Positions 1 to 9,927 are shown, numbered from the stretch's first letter. The stretch is DNA of 64,000 nucleotides from an uncultured Acidobacteriota bacterium (GCA_963805975.1 CAWDVR010000003.1:704001-768000), one strand, 5' to 3'. Made by a program: numbers and translations. The notes: a model not told the origin generated them from the sequence alone.

Positions 1-1916
1 TGGCGCCGGAGGGTTTCCAGGTCGCCGGGCTGCCGGCGGACCTCTATCTGCCGCTCGGCCGCAGCGACGAAGTGACGCCCACGCCGGAGCTCGCGGACCG
101 CGGCAGCCGGCGGCTCGGGGTGCTGGTGCGGCTCGCGCCCGGCGTCACCCGCGAGACTGCGGAGGCGGTCTTCCAGGCGACCGCCCGCGGGCTCGACGAA
201 ACGCAGCCGGTGCCCGGCCTGCCGCGGCAGGTGGCGCTCGTGGCGAGCACTCGCAGCGACTACACCGGCGACTACGTGCCCGGCGCGGCGATGCTGCTGG
301 GAGCGGTGGGTCTGCTCCTGCTGCTGGCCTCGACCAACGTCGCCAACCTGTTGCTGGCGCGGGCCATGGATCGCCGCCGCGAGCTCGGCGTCCGCGCCGC
401 CCTCGGCGCAAGACCGGCCTCGCTGGCGACGCTGCTGGTCGCCGAGGGCCTGCTGCTGGCGCTCGCCGGAGGGGCGCTGGGCCTGCTGCTGGCGCTCGCC
501 GGCATGAAGGTGATCGAGAGCTATGTGTTCGTGGTGCCGATGGGCTTCGGCCAATGGTCGGAAGGCGCCACCTTCCTGGCCATCGACCGGCGTGTCCTGG
601 CCTTCGCGATGCTGGTCGCCCTGGCCACCGGCCTCGTCACCAGCCTGGCCGCCGCTCTCAAGGCCGCCGGCACCGATCCCGCCGTGGCCTTCCGCGCCGC
701 AGCGGGGGAAGGGGGCGGGAAGCTCGCCTCGCGGTCGGTGCTGGTGGTCTCCCAGGTCGTTCTTTCGACGCTGCTCCTGGCCGGTGCCGTGCTCCTGGGC
801 CGGAGCCTCGGTGCCGCCCTGGCGGTGGACCCCGGCTTCGACGGCGAGCGCGTGCTGCTCACCACCTTCGCGCTGCCGCGGCCTGGTGGATCGAATGCAG
901 TGGGCTCCCCGAGCTCTCGGGCCGACCTCTACCAGCAGCTCCAGGACCAGGTGGCCGCGCTCCCCGGGGTCGCCGCTGCCAGCATGACCTGGATGCCGCC
1001 GCTGTGGGGCACGCGCGAAACCACGCTGGCCTTGCCCGGCGACGCGAGGGAGCCCCGGCAGGTCGCCTACAACGTGGTCGGCCCGGGGTACTTCGAGACC
1101 CTGCACATCCCGCTGCTGGCCGGCCGGGAGCTCGGGCGCGCCGACCGCGCGGGGGCGCCGCTCGCCGTGGTGGTGAGCTCCGCCCTGGCCGAGACGCTGT
1201 GGCCGGGGGCGCAGGCGCTGGGCCGCGAGGTCGAGCTGCCAGACCTGCCCGACCCGAGCCGCAGCTTGACGACCCGCCGCGGCACGGTCGTCGGCGTGGT
1301 CGCCGACATCCGCCAGCAGAGCGTCACCGACCCGCCGCGGCCGGCCTTCTACCTCACCCTTCACCAGGCCTTCCGCGAGCGCATGACGCTCCTCACCCGC
1401 ACCGTCGGCCCGCCCGCGGCCTTCGCGCCGAGCCTGAAGACCGCCCTCCACCGGGCGCAGCCGGGCCTGGCGGTGATCGAGGTGGCACCGTTCGCAGAGG
1501 TCGAGAGCCGGTCGCTCTTCGATCGCCGCCTGTACGCACACCTGGCGGGGGCTTTCGGGCTGCTGGGGCTGGGGCTCGCGGCTACCGGCGTCGGCGGGCT
1601 GGTGAGCTATCGGGCGGCGCGGCGCAGCCGCGAGATGGGCATCCGTCTGGCCCTGGGGGCGACCCGGGCCGACCTGGTGCGGCGGGTGCTGAAGGAGGCC
1701 GGGGTCTTGGTGGGGCTGGGGCTCGCGATCGGTCTGCCGGTGGCGCTCGGGCTCTCCGGCCTGCTGCGCTCGCAGGTCTGGGGCGTGAGCCCACAGGACC
1801 CGCTCACCTTCCTCCTGATCCCCGCGGTCCTCGGCGGCATCGCGATCCTCGCGGCCACCCTGCCGGCCCTGCGCGCCGCCCGCACCGATCCCCGTGCGGT
1901 GCTGGGCCAGGAGTAG
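1..1916 (+). CDS. ABC transporter permease, FtsX/MacB-type duplicated (ADOP-like); 5' end outside window
   Basis: Two FtsX-type modules (NVANLLLARAMDRRRELGVRAALGA and RRSREMGIRLALGA), DPGFD motif; frame is open back to position 3. Confidence 0.9.
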   Translation, partial: APEGFQVAGLPADLYLPLGRSDEVTPTPELADRGSRRLGVLVRLAPGVTRETAEAVFQATARGLDETQPVPGLPRQVALVASTRSDYTGDYVPGAAMLLGAVGLLLLLASTNVANLLLARAMDRRRELGVRAALGARPASLATLLVAEGLLLALAGGALGLLLALAGMKVIESYVFVVPMGFGQWSEGATFLAIDRRVLAFAMLVALATGLVTSLAAALKAAGTDPAVAFRAAAGEGGGKLASRSVLVVSQVVLSTLLLAGAVLLGRSLGAALAVDPGFDGERVLLTTFALPRPGGSNAVGSPSSRADLYQQLQDQVAALPGVAAASMTWMPPLWGTRETTLALPGDAREPRQVAYNVVGPGYFETLHIPLLAGRELGRADRAGAPLAVVVSSALAETLWPGAQALGREVELPDLPDPSRSLTTRRGTVVGVVADIRQQSVTDPPRPAFYLTLHQAFRERMTLLTRTVGPPAAFAPSLKTALHRAQPGLAVIEVAPFAEVESRSLFDRRLYAHLAGAFGLLGLGLAATGVGGLVSYRAARRSREMGIRLALGATRADLVRRVLKEAGVLVGLGLAIGLPVALGLSGLLRSQVWGVSPQDPLTFLLIPAVLGGIAILAATLPALRAARTDPRAVLGQE

Positions 1917-1972
1917 AGAGCCAGGCCGGCACGAGAGGGCAATGCTCCTCTTGCACGGTGGTCTTGAAATGG

Positions 1973-2014
1973 CTTACGATTGGAAGTCGGTAAGAAAAAT
2001 ACATAGAGGTAAGA
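1973..2014 (+). promoter_or_regulatory. Putative TA autoregulatory operator region
   Basis: AT-rich intergenic stretch with CTTAC(1973)...GTAAG(1990-1994) inverted repeat and GGTAAGA twice, directly before the antitoxin RBS. Confidence 0.35.
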
Positions 2015-2020
2015 GGAGTG

Positions 2021-2284
2021 ATGATGGTTTGGACTGCGAGTCTCTCCTCCAAAGGTCAACTGGTCTTGCCCAAGGCGGTGCGTGAAAGGCTCGGGGCGGG
2101 CCCAGGGACGAAGATCGTGCTGGTCGAGCGAGAGGGCAGAATCGAGCTTCGGGCTCACGGCGGGGACATCCTCCGCTGGTACGGGGCTCGGAAAGCCGAG
2201 CCTGCTCAGGACTTTGCCGCGGTGAAGGAGCAGGTCGGACGAGCCAGGGCCGCGGAGGTGGTGCGTGAGTCGAAGAGCGGTTGA
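2021..2284 (+). CDS. AbrB/MazE/SpoVT-family antitoxin (VapB-like)
   Basis: LSSKGQLVLPKAVRERLG AbrB signature; overlaps the PIN gene; AGAGGAG RBS. Confidence 0.88.
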   Translation: MMVWTASLSSKGQLVLPKAVRERLGAGPGTKIVLVEREGRIELRAHGGDILRWYGARKAEPAQDFAAVKEQVGRARAAEVVRESKSG

Positions 2285-2672
2285 CGCCAACGTGCTCCTT
2301 CGCTTCGTCACCGCCGATCATCCCGAGATGTCGCCGCGTTGCAGGAGTCTGCTCGAGCAGGTCCAGAACGGCGAGGAGGAGGTGGTTCTCCCCGAGGCGG
2401 CGTTGGCGGATGCCGTTTGGACCTTGCGCAGCCACTATCGCTGGCCGCTCCCCGAGATCTGTGCTTTCCTGGGTGACTTGCTGGCGCTCGAGGGCTTGCA
2501 CATGGCGCGCAAGGAGATGATCTGGAATGCTCTCGAGCTCTTTCAGGACGGCAAGATCGATTTCTCGGACGCCCTGATCGCTGCCGAGATGTCGAGTCTC
2601 GGCCTGGGTGAGATCTACTCCTACGACCGCGACTTCGACCGGGTGCCCGGCGTCGTCCGCGTCGAGCCCTGA
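2265..2672 (+). CDS. vapC: PIN-domain toxin (VapC family)
   Basis: VDANVLLRF, DFSDALIAA and IYSYDRDFD PIN acidic motifs. Confidence 0.9.
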   Translation: MSRRAVDANVLLRFVTADHPEMSPRCRSLLEQVQNGEEEVVLPEAALADAVWTLRSHYRWPLPEICAFLGDLLALEGLHMARKEMIWNALELFQDGKIDFSDALIAAEMSSLGLGEIYSYDRDFDRVPGVVRVEP

Positions 2673-2765
2673 TCCCGGCGAGCTCGCCCGCAACGGCCCA
2701 GGCCGTCGTAGAATCGCCTTCGAGATTCAGCGCTCCGTCCCACACGTTTCTCGAGGGAGGCCCCC

Positions 2766-3620
2766 GTGTACGTTCCCTACGACCTGTCCAAGGTCAAGGT
2801 CCTCGACCTGTCGCAGAACTTCTCGATGAACTCGCCGTCGTTCGCCTTCTACGAGGGGCCGACGGTGAAGTGGGTGAAGCGGCTGGCGTTCGAGGGGGTC
2901 AACGCGCAGTTCATCTCCACCACCAACCACATCGCGACCCACCTCGACTCGCCCATCCACTTCTACGACCCCGGCCCGGACATCGCCGGCATCCCGATCA
3001 GCACGCTCTTCGGCCCCGCCTGTATCGTCGACCTCTGCCAGTTCGGGATCGGCGACTACCAGATCTACGGCCCGGAGCACTTCGAGGAGTGGGAGCGGAA
3101 GACCGGCATCACCATCGAGCGCGGCGATATCCTGGTCATCCACACCGGCTACCACCGCTTCTACAACGAGGACTGGCACAAGGCCGCACCCTGCCCGGTG
3201 CGCGGCGTGGTCGATGCGCACGCGCACGAGCCCGACCTGCCGCGCTGCTTCTTGAAGCACCCGGGGCCGCAGGGCCGTTTCGCCCAGTGGGTGCTGGATC
3301 GTGGCATCCGCTGGCTGGCGGTGGACTGCATCGCGGCCGACCATCCGTTCAACACCAACGTGCGCAAGGCGCGGCCGGACCTGATCCCCGAGGTCGAGGC
3401 CGCGATCGGTGCCTCGCTCGCCGACGCCATGCCCTGGCCCGAGGACTACCAGTGTATGCACATCAAGCTCTTCCCGCACGGCGTCTTCCACGCCGAGAAC
3501 GTCGGCGGGCAGATCGACGAGGTGCTGAACCAGCGCGTGTGGCTGGGTTGCTTTCCCTACCGCTTCCAGGGCGGGGAGGCCGCCTTCTCGCGCATCGTGG
3601 CGTTCGTCGGGGAGCGATAG
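2766..3620 (+). CDS. Cyclase-family metal-dependent hydrolase (kynurenine formamidase-like)
   Basis: HIATHLDSPIH matches HxxTHxDxPxH; GDILVIHTG; C-terminal AEN...GGEAAFSRIVA. Confidence 0.88.
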   Translation: MYVPYDLSKVKVLDLSQNFSMNSPSFAFYEGPTVKWVKRLAFEGVNAQFISTTNHIATHLDSPIHFYDPGPDIAGIPISTLFGPACIVDLCQFGIGDYQIYGPEHFEEWERKTGITIERGDILVIHTGYHRFYNEDWHKAAPCPVRGVVDAHAHEPDLPRCFLKHPGPQGRFAQWVLDRGIRWLAVDCIAADHPFNTNVRKARPDLIPEVEAAIGASLADAMPWPEDYQCMHIKLFPHGVFHAENVGGQIDEVLNQRVWLGCFPYRFQGGEAAFSRIVAFVGER

Positions 3621-3632
3621 CGCCGCCGGCCG

Positions 3633-5366
3633 CTACACGGCAGGCATCGACGGCGTCGCCTCCGCCTCGCTCTGCGCATCGAGCCGAGGGAGGCGGCGTG
3701 CGGCGCGCTCCATCGCCAGGTCGCCGCCGTAGAGGTCCTGGCGGAATTGCAACTCGCCGCCGTCGTCCACCCAGGCCGTCCAGTAGAGGAGGTGGACGGG
3801 CACTGGTTGCGGCAGGCGGACCACTTTCCGCTCCCCGGTCGTGACCGCCTTCGCGATGCGCTCGCGGCTCCAGGCCGGATCGCTGCCGAGGAGGCGGGCG
3901 GCCAGATCCACGGGTCGGTCGACGCGGACGCAGCCATGGCTCAGGGCACGCTCGGTTCGGGCGAAGTACTTGGTGGCCGGGGTGTCGTGGATGTAGACGT
4001 CGAAATGGTTGGGAAAGACGAACTTGATCCGCCCGAGCGCGTTCTTGCCGCCGGGTCGCTGGCGGACCCGGATCTTCCCCGGATGGAGCGAGGACCAATC
4101 CACCTCCTCAGGCGAGAGCGCGGCTGTTTCCTCTCCCCAGCCGGCGAGCACCTCCATCCCCTCCTTGGCCAGATAGTCTGGATCCTTGCGGACCGCGGGG
4201 AGGATCTCGTTGCGCAGGATCCCCGCCGGCACGTTCCAGTAGGGGTTGAGCTCGAGGTAGGTCATGACGTCGCTGAAGACCGGGGTCTGCTGCCGGGTCT
4301 TGCCGACCACCACCCGGAAGCTCTCGACCGCGACGCCCGCCTCGACGACCTGCAGCGAGAAGTCGGGGATGTTGACGGCCAGGTACCGCTCTCCCAGGCT
4401 CTCCGGCAGCCAGCGCCAGCGCTCGAGGTTCCACTCGATCTGGCGAATGCGCTCTTCGATCGGCACGTTCAACTGAGCCAGCGTCTCGGCATCGACTCTC
4501 CCGGTGGCCGGCAACCCGTGCCGCCTCTGGAACCGGCGCACGGCTTCCTCCAGGGGAGAATCGAGCACCGGAGCACCGGTGCTCGCCTCGGCCGCGAGGT
4601 CCCCTGTCGCGGCCAGGCGGGCGCGCAGCAGAGACAGGGCGGCGGGATTCTCGGCAGGCCCGTCAGCCGGCACTTGCGGCCATCCACCGCTCGCTTGCAG
4701 CGCGCGATAGTCGGCCAGGGTACGGCGCAGCTTGGCGTAGCCCGGGTGGGGCGGCGCGAGCGCCGAGAGAGCGGCGGCGACCCCGTCGCCATTCACCGCC
4801 TGCTTGAGCGACCCGGTGAGATCGAGCCGCCTCGGCTCGGTCCGCCACTTGAGGCCCGCCTGCCGTGGATCGATCCGGCCCATGAGGAGATGCTCGGCGT
4901 AGGCGAGATAGACGCGCGTCAGCAGGAGATCGGCCTTCGCCAGGGCTGGGATGCGGCCGGGCTCGTCCTCGCCGGCCGCCGCGAGCGCCGCGAGGCGCGC
5001 CTGAGCAGGGTCGGCAAGGTACGTCGCCGGCTCCAGACCTTCGTCGGCCGCTGCCGCGACCGCTGCGAGCAGCTCGAGGGCATGCGGCTCTAGCGCGCGG
5101 CCCCGGCTCCAGATCGGCCAGCCATCGCGGCGCTCATAGAGCGCGTGCAGGTTCGTCGGGGAGGTCGAGCCCGGCGACCCATGGTCCAGGCTCGCAGGCA
5201 CCGCTTGCACCGTCAGCAGGCGCCGGATCTCCGCAGCGACCTGCGCCGTGTCCTGCGCAGCGACGAGGTTGGGGTCTTGGCCCTCGGGCCTGCCGCAGCT
5301 CGCCGTCAGGGCGAGACAGCAGACGGCCGGGACGAGAAGGTTGCGGAAGCGGGTTCGGACATCCAT
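3633..5366 (-). CDS. ycbB: Murein L,D-transpeptidase, YcbB/LdtD-like lipoprotein
   Basis: Lipobox LTASC, scaffold domain, PG-binding AVRRFQRRHGL, YkuD motif YIHDTP...ALSHGCVRV; start taken at MDVRTRF. Confidence 0.88.
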   Translation of the reverse strand: MDVRTRFRNLLVPAVCCLALTASCGRPEGQDPNLVAAQDTAQVAAEIRRLLTVQAVPASLDHGSPGSTSPTNLHALYERRDGWPIWSRGRALEPHALELLAAVAAAADEGLEPATYLADPAQARLAALAAAGEDEPGRIPALAKADLLLTRVYLAYAEHLLMGRIDPRQAGLKWRTEPRRLDLTGSLKQAVNGDGVAAALSALAPPHPGYAKLRRTLADYRALQASGGWPQVPADGPAENPAALSLLRARLAATGDLAAEASTGAPVLDSPLEEAVRRFQRRHGLPATGRVDAETLAQLNVPIEERIRQIEWNLERWRWLPESLGERYLAVNIPDFSLQVVEAGVAVESFRVVVGKTRQQTPVFSDVMTYLELNPYWNVPAGILRNEILPAVRKDPDYLAKEGMEVLAGWGEETAALSPEEVDWSSLHPGKIRVRQRPGGKNALGRIKFVFPNHFDVYIHDTPATKYFARTERALSHGCVRVDRPVDLAARLLGSDPAWSRERIAKAVTTGERKVVRLPQPVPVHLLYWTAWVDDGGELQFRQDLYGGDLAMERAARRLPRLDAQSEAEATPSMPAV

Positions 5367-5392
5367 GGTCGGCACCACCGCCGAGCCGTGGC

Positions 5393-5409
5393 TGCAACGG
5401 CGATGCCAA
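5393..5409 (-). promoter_or_regulatory. Putative sigma-54 promoter for the L,D-transpeptidase
   Basis: TTGGCATCGCCGTTGCA on minus strand: GG-N10-GC with TGGCA and TTGCA cores, ending 27 nt before the ATG. Confidence 0.55.
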
Positions 5410-5445
5410 TGGTGCCCTGGGAGGGGCCGAGGAGCTTGGGGGCTG

Positions 5446-6210
5446 CTAGCGCCGCGTGCCGCGCTTCGCCGCCGTGGTGGCTGCGGCGGCCGGGACGGCC
5501 TCGGCGCGCACCACGTTGGAAGCATACGGTGCGGCGCCGAGCCAGCTCGTTTCGGGGTAGTAGGCGAAGAGCAGGGTGCCGTCCTTGATGGCATCGATTA
5601 CCGGCTGCGCCTGGCCGACCGGCAGAGCGGGACAGCCCCAGCTCCGTCCCAGCCGGCCCCAGCGGCCGACGTGCTCGGCGCTCACGTACCAGGCACCGTG
5701 GACGACGACCGTGCGCTCGAAGGCCCGGTCGTTGATCCCCGTCTCCAGGCCGTGCAGTCGGAGCGAGTAGCCGTTGCCGCCCTGGTAGGTGTCCCCGGTC
5801 ACGAAGAGCCCCAGGCTGGTCTGCCGGCTCCCCTCGAGGTTGGAAAAGCGGCTGGCGAAGTTTTCCCCGCTGCCGACGCCGTGGGCCACCAGCTCGTGGA
5901 AGAGGAGCCGCTTGCGATCGAGGTCGAGCACCCAGAGCCGCGGTTCAGTCGAGGGCAGGGAGTAGTCGATGACGGTCACCACGCCCGGCCGGGCGGCGAC
6001 CCCTTCCATCCGTGCCCAGTCGTTCGCGGCGAGGGCCAGGTCGAGCACGCGCGGCGAAAGCCCGTGGGCCACCCGGAGCAACTCTGCCCGGTCGACGGCT
6101 GCTGCTCTGTGGATCGAATCGGTGGTGGTCGGAACGGGGGCGGCGAAGAGGCTGGAGGCGGCGAGGAAGGTCAAACCGATCGTGATGCCAGCAGTGCGGA
6201 ACAAGCTCAT
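5446..6210 (-). CDS. L,D-transpeptidase catalytic-domain protein (YkuD_2-like)
   Basis: IDYSLPSTEPRLWVLD, VAHGVGSG, VVHGAWY, LGRSWGCPA; signal peptide from MSLFRTAG. Confidence 0.88.
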   Translation of the reverse strand: MSLFRTAGITIGLTFLAASSLFAAPVPTTTDSIHRAAAVDRAELLRVAHGLSPRVLDLALAANDWARMEGVAARPGVVTVIDYSLPSTEPRLWVLDLDRKRLLFHELVAHGVGSGENFASRFSNLEGSRQTSLGLFVTGDTYQGGNGYSLRLHGLETGINDRAFERTVVVHGAWYVSAEHVGRWGRLGRSWGCPALPVGQAQPVIDAIKDGTLLFAYYPETSWLGAAPYASNVVRAEAVPAAAATTAAKRGTRR

Positions 6211-6426
6211 CCTGCGGATCCCCCTCAGGCGTCGAGGTCCAGGCGCGGGTCCTGGGCGTGTGCGGTGGTCAGCTAGAAAACTTGGGACGCATTCTAGCGG
6301 AGAGGACAGGCTGAGGCGACAACCTTCCGAGGATCGGAGAAATTCCACCGGGGCTGCTCCACTGCGGATCTATCTGCGGCCTCTCGCGACGGACCGAGTT
6401 GAGTCGGGTGGGCTAAGATCCCCGCC

Positions 6427-8781
6427 ATGTCCGCACCCAGCTTCGGCCAGCGCATCACCCGCAATGAGGACGCGCGCCTGCTCACCGGCCGCGCGCTCTT
6501 CGTGGACGACGTCGCCCTGCCCGGCATGGTGCACGTCGCGTTCGCACGGAGCCCGTTTGCGCACGCGACGATCGGAGGCATCGACGCGGCGCGGGCCCGC
6601 GCTCTGCCCGGCGTCCTGGGCGTCTACACCGCGGAGGATCTCGGCGACTACTGGCAGCCGGGGCCGCTCCTGGTGCCGCCGCCTCCCATCGAGCGCTGCG
6701 AGTTCCACGCGCGCACCCAGGTGCCCCTCGCCAAGGGCAAGGTGAGGCACCTCGGCGAGCCGGTGGCGCTGGTGGTGGCCGAGAGCCGCTACCTCGCCGA
6801 GGACGCGGTGGAGGAGATCTCGATCGACTACCGGCCGCTGCCGGCGGTGGCGGACCTCGAAGCCGCGCTCAGGCCTGGCGCACCGCGGGTTCACGACGAC
6901 CTCGAGAGCAACCTCGCCGCGCACGTGGTGCAGGAGAAGGGCGACTACGAGACCGCGCGCCGGCGCGCGGACCTGGTGCTCGCCCGCCGCTTCCGCTACG
7001 ACCGCGGCACGGCGGCGGCGATGGAGAACCGGGGCATCGTGGCCGACTGGGACGACAAGGCCCAGCGCCTCACGGTGTGGGACACCACGCAGGCCCCGAT
7101 CCCCATCCGCAACGGGCTCGCCGCCATGCTCGGGCTCTCCGAGTCCCAGGTGCGCGTCGTGGCGCCGTTCATCGGCGGCGGCTTCGGACCGAAGATCATG
7201 ATGTTCTACCCCGAGGAGGTGCTGGTCCCCTGGCTGTCGCGGCGGCTGCGGCGGCCGGTCAAGTGGATCGAGGACCGGCAGGAGAACTTCACCGCCACCA
7301 CGCAGGAGCGCCTGCAGATCCACGACGCGGAGATCGCGCTCGACCGGGAGGGCAGGATCCTCGGCGTCAAGGACTCGTTTCTGCACGACACCGGCGCCTA
7401 CGACCCCTACGGCCTCACGGTGCCGATCAACAGCCAGTGCACGCTTCTCGGCTGCTACGACGTGCCGCACTACATGAGCGAGTTCCGGGCCGTGTTCACC
7501 AACCGGCCGATCGTCACGCCCTACCGCGGCGCCGGCCGCCAGCACGGCATCTTCGTGCTCGAGCGCCTGCTCGACCTGGCGGCGCGCGAGCTCTCGCTCG
7601 ACGTGGCGGAGATCCGCCGCCGCAACTTCCTGTCTCCCGACGCCTTCCCGGTGAACCACCAGATCATGTACCAGGACTTCGCGCCCCTGGTCTACGACAG
7701 CGGCAACTACCCGCCGCTCCTCGAGCAGGCGCTCGAGCGGATCGGCTACGAGGAGTTCCGGCGCGAGACCCAGCCCCGCCTGCGTGCCGAGGGAAAGTGC
7801 GTCGGGCTGGGCGTGGTGTCGTACGTCGAGGGCACGGGCATCGGCCCCTACGAGGGAGCACGGGTGCAGGTGCAGGCGAGCGGCCGGGTGAGCGTGGTCA
7901 CCGGCGTGGGCACGCAGGGCCAGGGTCACATGACCTCCTACGCGCAGATCGCCGCCGACATGGTGGGAGTGGGCGTTGCCGACGTGGACGTGGTGACCGG
8001 CGACACCGACCAGTTCCACTGGGGCGCCGGCACCTTCGCCAGCCGCGGCGCCGTGGTGGCGGGCAACGCCATCCATGCCGCGGCGGCGGACGTGCGCGCC
8101 AAGATCCTCCGGCACGCCTCGGAAGCGCTGGAGGCGGCGCCCGAGGATCTCGAGCTCGGGGAAGGCGAGGTGCGGGTCAAGGGTGCGCCGGGCCGGGCCA
8201 TCCGCCTGGGCAAGCTGGCGCTCGCCGCCAACCCCATGCGTGGCGCGGTCAAGCCCGGCACCGAGCCGGGGCTCGAGGCCACCAACTACTTCGGGCCGGA
8301 GCGCGGCACCACGGCCGCCGGCGTCCACGCCATGATCGTCGAGGTGGACCCGGAGACCCTCCAGGTCGAGATCCTGAAGTACGTGGTGGTCCACGACTGC
8401 GGCCGGGTGATCAACCCGCTCATCCTGGACGGGCAGATCCACGGCGGCGTGGCGCAGGGCATCGGCAACGCCTTCTTCGAGGAGCTGGTGTTCGACGACG
8501 CCGGCCAGCTACAGAACGCCTCGTTCATGGACTACCTGCTTCCCACCGCCCTCGACGTGCCGCGCATCGAGACCGGCCACGGGGTGACCCCCTCGCCGCT
8601 CAACCCGTTGGGGGTGAAGGGCGCCGGCGAGGCCGGCGCCATCCCCGTGGGTCCGCTCTACGCCCAAGCGCTGGAGGACGCGCTCGGTGTCCCCGGTCTC
8701 GAGATCCTGGAGATCCCCTTGAAGCCGGGCCGGCTCTGGGAGCTGGTCGAGGAGGCGAAGGCGGGACCGGATCGAGGCTGA
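6427..8781 (+). CDS. Xanthine dehydrogenase-family molybdopterin-binding large subunit (CoxL/CutL form II-like)
   Basis: RNEDARLLTGRALFVDD, GGGFGPK, PYRGAGR, QGQGH, GQIHGGVAQGIG, GVKGAGEAG. Confidence 0.93.
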   Translation: MSAPSFGQRITRNEDARLLTGRALFVDDVALPGMVHVAFARSPFAHATIGGIDAARARALPGVLGVYTAEDLGDYWQPGPLLVPPPPIERCEFHARTQVPLAKGKVRHLGEPVALVVAESRYLAEDAVEEISIDYRPLPAVADLEAALRPGAPRVHDDLESNLAAHVVQEKGDYETARRRADLVLARRFRYDRGTAAAMENRGIVADWDDKAQRLTVWDTTQAPIPIRNGLAAMLGLSESQVRVVAPFIGGGFGPKIMMFYPEEVLVPWLSRRLRRPVKWIEDRQENFTATTQERLQIHDAEIALDREGRILGVKDSFLHDTGAYDPYGLTVPINSQCTLLGCYDVPHYMSEFRAVFTNRPIVTPYRGAGRQHGIFVLERLLDLAARELSLDVAEIRRRNFLSPDAFPVNHQIMYQDFAPLVYDSGNYPPLLEQALERIGYEEFRRETQPRLRAEGKCVGLGVVSYVEGTGIGPYEGARVQVQASGRVSVVTGVGTQGQGHMTSYAQIAADMVGVGVADVDVVTGDTDQFHWGAGTFASRGAVVAGNAIHAAAADVRAKILRHASEALEAAPEDLELGEGEVRVKGAPGRAIRLGKLALAANPMRGAVKPGTEPGLEATNYFGPERGTTAAGVHAMIVEVDPETLQVEILKYVVVHDCGRVINPLILDGQIHGGVAQGIGNAFFEELVFDDAGQLQNASFMDYLLPTALDVPRIETGHGVTPSPLNPLGVKGAGEAGAIPVGPLYAQALEDALGVPGLEILEIPLKPGRLWELVEEAKAGPDRG

Positions 8782-8807
8782 CCCGGTCCCCAGTTGGAGC
8801 TCCGAGC

Positions 8808-9788
8808 TCAGCCTCCCGAGATCGGGTTGGCGATCCCGACCGGGCGATGGATGTCGATCACCGGGCCGCAACGGACGCAGATGTAGAGGCAGTGCAGGTG
8901 GCTGCAGGTGCCGGCCGGCTGGCCGGGCTGCGGGTTCTGGTTGCAGGGCGTGCAGTGGCACTGCTGGCTCGGGCAATATCCGACCGGGCAGGTCTGGCCC
9001 ACCGGGTAGCCGCCGCAGGAGGCGGGCGGATGGGGCTGGAACACGTCATCGTCGATGGGGACGTCGTGATCGCCGATCTGGTACTGGGCCGGGGCGACGT
9101 CCATGCCGGCGTTGAAGTTGGAGGCCGGAGGCAGGAGGCTGTCGGGGCGGCGGTCGCCGTTGGTGTCCACCCACACGGCGCCCTGGTAGCGCTTGTTCCG
9201 GTCGTACGACCAGACGGAGTTGGAGGCGGCGTCGAGCTTGACCGGCCAGGCCAGGCGGCGGCTGGTGGTCGGGTCCGTGACCTGGGTGAACACGATCTTG
9301 GTACGGAGCGCGAGCGGCGCCGAGTAGGTGCCGCCTTCGGGGCTGTTGCGCCGGATCTCCATCTCGGTCGTGGGCTGCTCGCCCTCCAGGCTCACGGCGA
9401 CGTCGAACAGCCCGCAGCCGGTGTCGATCGGCTCGACGCTCTCGAGGTTCAGAGCGAGGAGCTGGATCCGGGTCTTCGCGTGGCCGTCGGCGTCGAGCTC
9501 GGCGTCGTCCAGCCGCCGGACGATGGTGTCGATCGGCCCCAGCGCCCCTGCCGGCTCGGCCGGGATCGGCGCGCCGCGGAAGGCGATCTTGCCGGTGAAC
9601 GGCTGCGAGCGGTCGCAGAAGAAGCCCGCCGGGATGGGGTCCTCCTCGAAGCTCGCGAAGGTCATGCCGTCGCCGACCGTGGTCCACAAGTCGACTCCCT
9701 GGCGAATGGTCTCACCCGCGACCGGTGCGGTGGCGACGAGCAGCAAGAGGGCTGCGGTGAGGATGCAGCAAGACATGCGCATCTTCAT
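8808..9788 (-). CDS. Secreted hypothetical protein with Cys-rich C-terminus
   Basis: Signal peptide, AAGGAG RBS, GC3-rich codons, 10 Cys in the last ~70 aa. Confidence 0.75.
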   Translation of the reverse strand: MKMRMSCCILTAALLLLVATAPVAGETIRQGVDLWTTVGDGMTFASFEEDPIPAGFFCDRSQPFTGKIAFRGAPIPAEPAGALGPIDTIVRRLDDAELDADGHAKTRIQLLALNLESVEPIDTGCGLFDVAVSLEGEQPTTEMEIRRNSPEGGTYSAPLALRTKIVFTQVTDPTTSRRLAWPVKLDAASNSVWSYDRNKRYQGAVWVDTNGDRRPDSLLPPASNFNAGMDVAPAQYQIGDHDVPIDDDVFQPHPPASCGGYPVGQTCPVGYCPSQQCHCTPCNQNPQPGQPAGTCSHLHCLYICVRCGPVIDIHRPVGIANPISGG

Positions 9789-9888
9789 CTTCTACTCCTT
9801 TCTGGTCCTGGTGTGGACCGTGTCGTCAAGAAAGGAGTCCGCGCGGGCGGGTTTTGCCCCGCGAGCCCGGATCGATGAAAAAAAGGGG

Positions 9889-9924
9889 TTGACGTCCGAC
9901 CTTTCTAGTACTAATGTCTTAGTA
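9889..9924 (+). promoter_or_regulatory. Sigma-70 promoter with overlapping BlaI-type operator
   Basis: TTGACG(9889)-N17-TAATGT(9912); perfect palindrome TACTAA-TGTC-TTAGTA at 9909-9924 covers the -10 box. Confidence 0.75.
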
Positions 9925-9927
9925 GTC

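Noticed and set aside
6427-8781. Aerobic CO dehydrogenase (true CoxL)
   Set aside because: Lacks the form I AYxCSFR loop, and no coxM/S or coxDEFG genes are adjacent
8808-9030. RiPP precursor or multiheme cytochrome in the Cys-rich tail
   Set aside because: No CxxCH motifs, and no maturase, peptidase or exporter genes nearby
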